Positions 1 to 6,677 of a stretch of DNA of 27,062 bases are shown here, in pieces; positions within the stretch are counted from its first letter, which is position 1, and each line of letters begins with the position of its first letter. Position numbers and translations under genes: made by a program. Location of the stretch: positions 1 to 27,062 of the IMG/VR virus record IMGVR_UViG_3300020203_000084. One strand, given 5' to 3'. Source of the DNA: a virus (lineage: Duplodnaviria; Caudoviricetes). The notes below the pieces were generated by a model. The model was not told where the DNA came from. It made no database searches and saw only the letters and a program-made list of their open reading frames with translations.

Positions 1-1
1 T

Positions 2-454
2 CCAGTCTATATAAATTCCTAGAAAGCATAAAAGAGTGTGTAAATTCCATGATTTTGATCGTATGGGCGTAGCTGTTGCGAGAAACGTAGGAACATCTGG
101 GTACGCTTTAATCAAATTATACAAACACTCGGAACGTTTAGAGCGACCTTTTATGAAAAGTGGGCTGGCGAACTCGTCGGCTTCGTCGATTACTAAAGCT
201 GACCACTTTTTGATAGGCAAATTCTTAAATTCAGAATCCATAGAAACAACAGTAGCTTTCGTTCCCCAATCTTTCATTTCCTTTCGCCACTTCTCAATCA
301 CTCTTTTAGGGACAACGACCAAGGCATCACTATCTCGCCCGTCTTTCAGCCACACGCACGCACAAATTGTCTTACCTGTGCCTCCTTCGTGGACGACAAA
401 GGCTTTGTCTTTGTAGCCTTTTGCGAACTTAATTTGATGAGGGTGTAATGGCAT
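2..454 (-). CDS. SF2 (SNF2-like/DEAD-box) helicase, N-terminal part, runs off the window
   Basis: Not in the ORF track; translated by hand from ATG at 454: MPLHPHQIKF...HEGGTGKT (Walker A)...LVVVPK (Ia)...LVIDEADE (Walker B)...LATATP (motif III). Open to the window edge. Confidence 0.88.
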   Translation of the reverse strand, partial: MPLHPHQIKFAKGYKDKAFVVHEGGTGKTICACVWLKDGRDSDALVVVPKRVIEKWRKEMKDWGTKATVVSMDSEFKNLPIKKWSALVIDEADEFASPLFIKGRSKRSECLYNLIKAYPDVPTFLATATPIRSKSWNLHTLLCFLGIYIDW

Positions 455-743
455 TTGCCTTATAAAGTAAATAGTTACTTATGACGGCCTTAGCGGTGCC
501 TTTCTCTTGCTCTTTGTTCTTTGCGATCTTGACCTTTTCTTCGAGCTTGGTAACGGCAGAAGAATACTTCCATGACGTTTTATGAGCGACGGTAAATGTG
601 CCAAAGACTTCGCTTTCTATCTTTTCGAGGTTGTTGTCTTTTAGATTGTTTAAAATAGATTCGCGTAAAACTTTCTTCTTTTCCTCAATCACCTTAAACT
701 CTGCTTCGAGCTTAACGTATTCCGCTAGTAGTTTTTGATTCAT
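429..743 (-). CDS. Hypothetical phage protein, 104 aa, coiled-coil N-terminus (Gp157/Gam-like recombination accessory possible)
   Basis: Start moved to ATG 743 (MNQKLLAEY...) to avoid overlap with the nuclease gene. Helical K/E-rich N-terminus followed by FGTFTV..SWKYS; lies next to nuclease and SSB. Confidence 0.6.
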   Translation of the reverse strand: MNQKLLAEYVKLEAEFKVIEEKKKVLRESILNNLKDNNLEKIESEVFGTFTVAHKTSWKYSSAVTKLEEKVKIAKNKEQEKGTAKAVISNYLLYKANAITPSSN

Positions 744-754
744 TGATTTTTTTA

Positions 755-1486
755 TTAACCCTTCTTCTGATAACTGACATCTTTTGTAACTCCTGATAAA
801 ACGTCTTGTTTCTCGGACTCTTTTTGTGCGAGAGCTTCCCCAGTTTGCTGAAATAGCTCCGGACATTCTTGTTTAAGTTTGGTGTAGTCATCTGATATTT
901 CCTTTGCTATTTTAATAATTTGTTTTTGCATTTTTGCCCTCTGCCACTCTGAAATGCGACGTTTGAACACTTGAATTTTGCCGGTGAACTCAATCTGATT
1001 ATTCTTGCCGATAAGCGTGTGGCCGCCAAATTCCCTAGTCTCCTTTCCGTCCCTCGTTTCGATCCATACCAAGCGCACCCACGGGTCGACCTTTTTATAT
1101 TTGACCTTCGTGAGTAACGAGTAAATAACGAGTTGGTTTGCTTTTGCGCAACGTAAGTCATTCCACGCTTCCTTACCTGTCTTATACTCAACGATTGCCT
1201 TGCGTTGTTTTGAGAATGAGTCTAGGACACCGAGAAAGGGTACACCACCTACTTTGACCTCAATACGGTGTTCCATGAGCTTATAGCGTGGCACGCGGTC
1301 AAGGACAGGGTCTTTGATTCCGTTTTCGAGCATATGCGCGACTCTTTTGCCGAATAAAATTTCACGAGTCACGAATGACGGACCGTCGAAGTAGTAGCGT
1401 TGTCGATACCCTTCCCTGTTACTCTGCCACAAGGACATTTGACTGTACGACAAATATTTCTTTGGTAGGTTATATATAACTTTCAT
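755..1486 (-). CDS. PD-(D/E)XK nuclease (RecB-like phage exonuclease)
   Basis: LSYSQ N-terminal motif, FGKRVA, E..(I/V).V....FLGVLD...IVEYKTG catalytic D..EXK pattern, QLVIY motif. Probable ATG at 1486. Confidence 0.8.
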   Translation of the reverse strand: MKVIYNLPKKYLSYSQMSLWQSNREGYRQRYYFDGPSFVTREILFGKRVAHMLENGIKDPVLDRVPRYKLMEHRIEVKVGGVPFLGVLDSFSKQRKAIVEYKTGKEAWNDLRCAKANQLVIYSLLTKVKYKKVDPWVRLVWIETRDGKETREFGGHTLIGKNNQIEFTGKIQVFKRRISEWQRAKMQKQIIKIAKEISDDYTKLKQECPELFQQTGEALAQKESEKQDVLSGVTKDVSYQKKG

Positions 1487-1526
1487 AATAAGACGCACGG
1501 TTGTACGCGTGCGACCTATATAAAAA

Positions 1527-2000
1527 CTAGCTAGGAAAAGCCTCGTCGAGAGTAATGTCTGTTACAGGTGGCACTGTGCCGCCTTTTGCTTGGTCTTCTG
1601 TATCAAGTTCAAGAACAGTCTTGCCTTCTGTTGTTAGTTTCTTTCCGTAAAATCCAAAAATCTTAGTTGGATTCAAGCCCTTCTCAGCAGGGTCTTTAAG
1701 CTCGATAAGTTCTACAGTCAAAGGATCGCCAATGCGAAGATCGTCTGTCTGAGAGAGAATGAACGAAAGTCTTTTAATTCCAACATTTATCATTTTACCG
1801 TCTTGCTGTTCAAGAGTGATACCACGCTGTTCTTTAAACTTACCGTCAGCCGCGCGATAAAACACATCGCGAATATAGCCCTGTGATTTGTCACCTACAT
1901 TTTCAAACCTAGCCCAGTTGCTCCATGCGAGATCACGGGGGCGTGTGAGGGTGTCTTTCTTGTAATCACTAAAAATGTCACCTTCTATTTTCTTTGTCAT
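1527..2000 (-). CDS. Putative single-stranded DNA-binding (OB-fold) protein, 157 aa
   Basis: WARFENVGDKSQG...LRIGDPLTVE beta-rich core and acidic tail ending DEAFPS, like SSB C-termini; adjacent to the nuclease. ATG at 2000. Confidence 0.55.
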   Translation of the reverse strand: MTKKIEGDIFSDYKKDTLTRPRDLAWSNWARFENVGDKSQGYIRDVFYRAADGKFKEQRGITLEQQDGKMINVGIKRLSFILSQTDDLRIGDPLTVELIELKDPAEKGLNPTKIFGFYGKKLTTEGKTVLELDTEDQAKGGTVPPVTDITLDEAFPS

Positions 2001-2043
2001 ATATTGAATGTTGCTTAGTGAATAATATTTGTACAACACTTAA

Positions 2044-2072
2044 AGTATAGCGTACTTGCATACTGTTTGCAA
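2044..2072 (-). promoter_or_regulatory. Sigma70-type promoter driving the SSB-nuclease-helicase genes
   Basis: Minus strand TTGCAA (2072-2067), 17 bp spacer, TATACT (2049-2044), 44 nt upstream of the ATG at 2000. Confidence 0.65.
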
Positions 2073-2080
2073 ACGGTATG
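2059..2080. promoter_or_regulatory. 22 bp near-perfect palindrome (candidate operator) centred on the -35 element
   Basis: CATACTGTTTGCAAACGGTATG has one mismatched pair and is centred on TTGCAA. Confidence 0.5.
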
Positions 2081-2093
2081 GTGGGGATAGGAA

Positions 2094-2270
2094 TTACATC
2101 AAACTTTTTTGCTTTGGTATTTTTTTTTTAGCTACAAAATCAATTCTTTTTGCCTCCAGATACTCAATGAATATCTTAGTGTCACCTTGCATTTCTTTCA
2201 GAACTTTCCTAGCCTCTTTAAACCCCTCGTATGTCATTATTTTCTCCGCCATTTCCATGTCTATTCTCAT
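2094..2270 (-). CDS. Small hypothetical protein, 58 aa
   Basis: Below the ORF-track cutoff: MRIDMEMAEKIMTYEGFKEARKVLKEMQGDTKIFIEYLEAKRIDFVAKKKIPKQKSLM. ATGA overlap with the helicase stop suggests translational coupling. Confidence 0.6.
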   Translation of the reverse strand: MRIDMEMAEKIMTYEGFKEARKVLKEMQGDTKIFIEYLEAKRIDFVAKKKIPKQKSLM

Positions 2271-3823
2271 ATATTTTCAAATTCATCATTTATAATGGCT
2301 AATTTTTTAGGAGTAAGCCCAACATAACATCTTTCATTTTGCACTCTAACCTGCTCAATTTTTCCTGTTTCTCTTGCGAATCTTTTTAATTCTTTTTTGA
2401 AGTTGAACTCTGATTTTGGAAATACGCCCTTACGCTGACAGAACCAACGATAGCCAGTGCCGACATTATTTTTAACATCATATTCGCCATATAATTCAGT
2501 TGGGTCATTATTTTTTGTGTACGCTTTATCAAAGGTATATTCCATTTCAAGGAAGGCGTAGACTGAATTACTTTGATGAGTATTGTCGCTCATGTCTTCG
2601 GCACTTTCTTCGTTTATACTGAACATCTTGCTTTCTTTAAGTATTTTCGCTCCAGCAATCGCCCAATTTAAAATACCAGCACCTTCTTTTTCAAGAAGAA
2701 TCTGGTCGTACCTGTCGATACGATCTTTTTCAGGAATATGGTAGCTGAAGGGAATCGAGATCATCCGGTGTTTCATACCTTGCGATTCTTTAAACACAGG
2801 CAAATCGTTACAAGCAATTATAAATTTAGCTTTTACAACATGCAAAAAACTTGTTTTGAATTTAGGGTCAATTTCTACAACACCCTCAGACGACATTGAA
2901 GTAAGCCGGGATGAATCAACATATTTCGAGGAGACTTCATCAGAAAAGTTTAATTGTTTACCTAAGAGAGACATAAGAATAGATGATTTTTCTCCAGCGA
3001 TTTGGGCTAATGAAAGTGTAGATACATTTCCCCAACCAATAAGACCGCAAAGAATCTTAGCGGTAGTTGATTTTCCATTCCTTGCAATATCACCGTAAAG
3101 ATAGAACACTTTGTGCTTCGGGTTGCCGGATAGTATACAATACCCAAACATTTCTTGGATCATCTGAGTTGCGGAGAGAGTCTGGTTTGAAACAGTTTGT
3201 ATAAATTCCTCAAACAATGGACATTTAGCACTTGGCTCGAAAGGGAAAGGAGTCTGGCTTGTAGAAAAATAATCAGGAGTATGAGCATGTAGAGTGAAAT
3301 TTTCAACATTCAAAAGCCCATTTTTTAAGTTTAAGTACCACTTTGAACGGGCAACATCGTAATCTCTAAAATTTCTTTTTGGAGTTCTTGATAACAAGGC
3401 CTCGATTCTCGTTATGGTATCAAGCACTTTTCTTTTCGATGTTCGGTAGTCGAACAAGGCGTAACTGGCCATAAGTTCATCAACGCGGTTGTACATGTCT
3501 TTATCAGAAACAGCGACGTATACGCCATTTGTATATTCATGGAAAAATATGTTGTCTCCGTATCGCAAAGTCACGACATTGGGATTTTCTTCAATAAACT
3601 TTGAGTCAAGAAGGTTATAGACCATCGCCTGCTCATCTTTACTAGAGAAAAGTGCGGATGAAATTGCTTTTGATTTTGTTTTTGTTTTGAAGTACTCGTC
3701 AATTTCTTCTTTGGTTATTTCGTATTCATTAACTAATTCATAAACAACATTCTTAGGGGTATCTCTTGAAAGCAAGTAACTAGCTTTTGTGTAAAACTTA
3801 TTTTTAGGAAGAAGTTTACTCAT
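2267..3823 (-). CDS. P4/D5-family SF3 replicative helicase (D5_N plus ATPase)
   Basis: LNLKNGLL...HTPDYFST (D5_N), Walker A GDIARNGKST, Walker B NFSDE, IIACNDLP motif C, GILNWAIAG. Confidence 0.92.
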   Translation of the reverse strand: MSKLLPKNKFYTKASYLLSRDTPKNVVYELVNEYEITKEEIDEYFKTKTKSKAISSALFSSKDEQAMVYNLLDSKFIEENPNVVTLRYGDNIFFHEYTNGVYVAVSDKDMYNRVDELMASYALFDYRTSKRKVLDTITRIEALLSRTPKRNFRDYDVARSKWYLNLKNGLLNVENFTLHAHTPDYFSTSQTPFPFEPSAKCPLFEEFIQTVSNQTLSATQMIQEMFGYCILSGNPKHKVFYLYGDIARNGKSTTAKILCGLIGWGNVSTLSLAQIAGEKSSILMSLLGKQLNFSDEVSSKYVDSSRLTSMSSEGVVEIDPKFKTSFLHVVKAKFIIACNDLPVFKESQGMKHRMISIPFSYHIPEKDRIDRYDQILLEKEGAGILNWAIAGAKILKESKMFSINEESAEDMSDNTHQSNSVYAFLEMEYTFDKAYTKNNDPTELYGEYDVKNNVGTGYRWFCQRKGVFPKSEFNFKKELKRFARETGKIEQVRVQNERCYVGLTPKKLAIINDEFENI

Positions 3824-4695
3824 ATTAGTTTGTTAGCGATCCTGTAATTTTCAATGACAAGGTGCTTCGCGGCCTCGCGGTAATTTCCACCGTGTTTTAG
3901 CGTGGCGTATAGGTTGAACTTCGTATAGCCCCTTAATTGCTCTAGCCCCTCGACAGAGGTTGTGTATGGAAAGAATAGGCCGTAATTTTTCCAATTCGTC
4001 GAAGCGGATATACCCTCTTTTTTCCCAGGGCGTCGCCAGTACTGAGTGTCGCCTGAGTGACCTAGACGCGACCAGCCGAGGGGGAGTAAAATATCGTCCC
4101 AAGATGCCAATGCGTTGAATACATCGCCGGGACGCCCCATTTCAGAGCTTTTGCGAGGGGTAAATGGGGTGTATTCGGTTGATTCTTTCTCTGGCTCAAG
4201 AGCGTTAAGAACTTCAATGAGTAGGTCTTCGGGGACTGAGATAAGGGGGGCATCGTGGACGATATTATAAGTTCCATTTTTAAAGACTGTTGGTGGAGCA
4301 AAAACTATTGAGCCATTTGATTGAACATCAACAGCTTTTAAAATTCCTTTATGTTCTTGTTTTTTGTGCTTTGTAGATTTTAAGAGTGAGTTGTAGAGTG
4401 CGTAGAAATGATACCCCCCGGAAGGTGTTCTGATTTCCAAGAAACCACGGTTTAAAAAAGGTGTCGGGTCACCGTCGTTTTTTGTATCAACATCAAATAC
4501 AACGATGTTAGAAATTTCACCACAAACAATTGCATAATTCTGAATCGAGGAAGAAAGCCATAATTTAATTTCTCGCTCTGTTGGTTTTCTATTTTGAAAC
4601 TCTGTCCACTTTGTAAATACTTTCTTCTCTGAACAACATGTATTGAAAAAGGAATATCCTGCGTCTTGGTATCTCTTTATGAAATCATTTTGCAT
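3820..4695 (-). CDS. Bifunctional DNA primase/polymerase (Prim-Pol, AEP superfamily)
   Basis: NYAIVCG..SNIVVFDVD (DxD), TPSGGYHFY, DVQSNGSIVFAPPT; C-terminal WRRPGK..GISA domain. 4-nt overlap with the helicase gene. Confidence 0.9.
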   Translation of the reverse strand: MQNDFIKRYQDAGYSFFNTCCSEKKVFTKWTEFQNRKPTEREIKLWLSSSIQNYAIVCGEISNIVVFDVDTKNDGDPTPFLNRGFLEIRTPSGGYHFYALYNSLLKSTKHKKQEHKGILKAVDVQSNGSIVFAPPTVFKNGTYNIVHDAPLISVPEDLLIEVLNALEPEKESTEYTPFTPRKSSEMGRPGDVFNALASWDDILLPLGWSRLGHSGDTQYWRRPGKKEGISASTNWKNYGLFFPYTTSVEGLEQLRGYTKFNLYATLKHGGNYREAAKHLVIENYRIANKLI

Positions 4696-4728
4696 TTTAT
4701 TTTGTTTTTATTAGTGATCATGAGATTT

Positions 4729-4769
4729 ATTATACCGTTAAAAAATAAAATCAATGTTCCCTGTCCACA
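4729..4769 (-). promoter_or_regulatory. Probable leftward promoter for the primase-helicase operon
   Basis: TATAAT on the minus strand at 4734-4729; no -35 at canonical spacing; TGTGGACA box 27 nt upstream. Confidence 0.4.
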
Positions 4770-4823
4770 GGTAAAAAAAATGGTAAAGTGATGAAGCATA
4801 AAAATTTGTTTTTTTATGTGATC

Positions 4824-4875
4824 CCAACAAACACCCTACTTTGCCTAGCTTTGCTAGGTAGAGGGGTGTTTTTGG
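4824..4875. repeat. Imperfect inverted repeat / stem-loop
   Basis: AAACACCC...CCTAGC-TTT-GCTAGG...GGGTGTTT. Confidence 0.6.
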
Positions 4876-4879
4876 TATG

Positions 4880-5211
4880 TGTGCCAGATAAGACAGCTCT
4901 GCCAGAGGCTTTTTTTTTCATCTGGCAGACAAAATATGGCTAATAATATAGACGGTTTACCATTCTGCCAGCTCTGCCAGATAAAAATAATAGTTTAATA
5001 TTATATATATATGTCTCCCCCCCGGGGGGGTATATATAACCCTTCTATATAGGGTTTCAGAAATGGATTTTTCATCTGGCAATCTGGCAGAATGACAAAA
5101 TATGGCTAAGGTTAGTGTTATTTGCTCTGCCAGATGCTTTTTTTCATCTGGCAGAGCATCTGGCAGAGCAAAGAAAATATGGCTAACAATATAAAATCGT
5201 CATCTGGCAGA
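4880..5211. repeat. Iteron-like array with central palindrome: probable replication origin
   Basis: TCTG(C/G)CAG at 4898, 4921, 4964, 4973, 5083, 5126, 5147, 5159, 5203 plus partial copies near 4880 and 5075; AAAATATGGCTAA at 4931, 5097, 5174; C7G7 at 5017-5030 within TATA tracts. Non-coding and directly upstream of the primase. Confidence 0.75.
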
Positions 5212-5229
5212 TTTTCCGCTTTATCCCCT

Positions 5230-5279
5230 TGTGGACAACAAATCACCTCATTATCCCCCTATGAGCTATAATATAAGTA
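5230..5279 (+). promoter_or_regulatory. Rightward promoter of the packaging operon, probably giving a leaderless transcript
   Basis: Perfect TATAAT at 5267-5272 with an ATG 7 nt downstream (5280); TGTGGACA box 29 nt upstream; no canonical -35. Confidence 0.55.
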
Positions 5280-5459
5280 ATGCGTAAAATATGCCGTGAG
5301 TGGCTAAGAAGATATGACGAGTCTAAGGGCTGTTGTGATTTTCCTACGGTCGCACACCCTAATCCTAAACTTAAAGAACCACTCTGCACCAATCCGAAAT
5401 GTTGCAGGTATTATATTTGTATTTGTGGTAAACTTTTTGGGACACATGATATTCTTTAG
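5280..5459 (+). CDS. Cys-rich small protein, 59 aa, possible metal binding
   Basis: Below the ORF-track cutoff: MRKICREWLRRYDESKGCCDFPTVAHPNPKLKEPLCTNPKCCRYYICICGKLFGTHDIL (8 Cys, 2 His). Overlaps the next gene by 14 nt. Confidence 0.55.
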   Translation: MRKICREWLRRYDESKGCCDFPTVAHPNPKLKEPLCTNPKCCRYYICICGKLFGTHDIL

Positions 5460-5646
5460 TTTTGGAATTGTTATTGGACTTCTTCTCGCAATCCTTGTGG
5501 TGCTGGTGAGTGTGTATGTGCTACTCAAACAAAAGAAAGCTATTGAGAGAAAAATCAATCAGGTTGAATCGGTGCTTAAACCTAAAGGCTCGATTCTTGA
5601 ACCACAGTTGGAGGAATTAGAAACTTGGATAAATAATTTAAAATGA
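5446..5646 (+). CDS. Small single-pass membrane protein, 66 aa
   Basis: MIFFSFGIVIGLLLAILVVLVSVYVLL hydrophobic helix then KQKK. ATG at 5446 preferred over 5314. ATGA coupling to groES. Confidence 0.65.
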   Translation: MIFFSFGIVIGLLLAILVVLVSVYVLLKQKKAIERKINQVESVLKPKGSILEPQLEELETWINNLK

Positions 5647-5897
5647 TACAGCCGTTAAATAATTATGTTTTAGTTGAGATCTCTAAGTTGGAGAAAACAA
5701 AGAGTGGTATTATTTTAGCTACGGACAATGACGCACGACTAGAGAAAGGAGAAGTCATAGCCCTTGATCCACAAGTAGATATTGTTAAAAAGGGGGATTT
5801 GATTTATCTCAAGTTATACGCGCTGAGTTCGGTTGAGATTGATGATAGGGAATATCACTTTATTAAGTCGGAGGATATACTAGGAGTAGAAAAATAA
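5643..5897 (+). CDS. groES: Phage-encoded co-chaperonin GroES (Cpn10)
   Basis: IQPLNNYVLV, mobile loop KTKSGIIL, GEVIA, VKKGD, EYHFIKSEDILGV all match Cpn10 signatures. Confidence 0.92.
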   Translation: MIQPLNNYVLVEISKLEKTKSGIILATDNDARLEKGEVIALDPQVDIVKKGDLIYLKLYALSSVEIDDREYHFIKSEDILGVEK

Positions 5898-6118
5898 TGC
5901 ACCATCACGATTATGCTGTTGTTTCTACGAATAACGATGGGCAAGTTGAGGTATGTAAGGAGTGTAAGCATCGCTTGGTTATCAAAAAGGATAAGAATGG
6001 TAGAATAGATAACAGTGAATATGTGAAGACGCACGTTAGGGACACCGCACAACCCAGTGGCGCAACAGCAAGAATTTTTAATAAATATCATGGAGCAAGT
6101 AAAAACAAAAGAAGTTAA
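5897..6118 (+). CDS. Hypothetical protein with His cluster and CxxC
   Basis: TAATG coupling with groES; HHHDY...EVCKECK. Confidence 0.65.
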   Translation: MHHHDYAVVSTNNDGQVEVCKECKHRLVIKKDKNGRIDNSEYVKTHVRDTAQPSGATARIFNKYHGASKNKRS

Positions 6119-6248
6119 TGGAGAAACTCTGTACGCTGTGAAGCCCCCGGAGGGGCGACGCATGTTGCCTCTTGGCTATTTTAAAACAGAGGCAGAAGCT
6201 ATCGAGGCGACGCGAAGTTATAAGGAGGCTAATCATATTGAGTGGTAA
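6090..6248 (+). CDS. Small hypothetical protein, 52 aa
   Basis: ATG at 6090; LGYFKTEAEA resembles the C-terminal part of AP2-like phage domains; fills the gap before terS. Confidence 0.5.
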   Translation: MEQVKTKEVNGETLYAVKPPEGRRMLPLGYFKTEAEAIEATRSYKEANHIEW

Positions 6249-6251
6249 ATA

Positions 6252-6677
6252 ATGTCGACGGAGCTTCAAAAAAATCTAGCTAGACAAATAGTCAAAAATT
6301 TGAAACGTGAAAAGCCACAGAATAAACGTGAGCTTCTTGTTTCCTCTGGCTACGCTTTGAAATCTGCTATGTCGGTTCCACAAAAAATAATTGAACAGAT
6401 TGGAGTTGTTGAAGCTCTTAATGAACTTGGTTTTTCCGAACAGGGTGCGAAGAGCGTTGTACAAGAAATTATGTACAACCCTGAAACTGATCCAAACGCT
6501 CGACTAAAAGCGACTGACCAAGTGTTTAAGGTTGAGGGTTCATACGCGCCAGAGAAAACAAGTGCATTAAATCTCATTGTGGAAGCTCGTTTGACTGACA
6601 ATATTGAATTAAAGGCACTTGATGAGGAATACATGAGGCGTACTAGGGAAATTTATGCTAAAGGAAAACCAGACTAA
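6252..6677 (+). CDS. Terminase small subunit (putative)
   Basis: Immediately upstream of and overlapping terL; SGYALKSA resembles the AGYS..TA motif; ARLKATD..FK helix. Confidence 0.72.
   Translation: MSTELQKNLARQIVKNLKREKPQNKRELLVSSGYALKSAMSVPQKIIEQIGVVEALNELGFSEQGAKSVVQEIMYNPETDPNARLKATDQVFKVEGSYAPEKTSALNLIVEARLTDNIELKALDEEYMRRTREIYAKGKPD

Noticed and set aside
36-416. 126 aa plus-strand ORF from the track
   Set aside because: It is antisense to a helicase frame with clear Walker A/B and motif III.
755-1486. Nuclease as Cas4
   Set aside because: It has only two Cys, so the four-Cys Fe-S motif is absent; a generic PD-(D/E)XK call fits better.
4880-5211. Intergenic repeats as a CRISPR array or transposon ends
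   Set aside because: Units are 9-13 bp, in mixed orientation and irregularly spaced; no transposase is present.
5314-5445. N-terminal extension of the membrane protein ORF (track start 5314)
   Set aside because: The ATG at 5446 starts directly at the hydrophobic helix, and the upstream DNA is better explained by the Cys-rich ORF 5280-5459.
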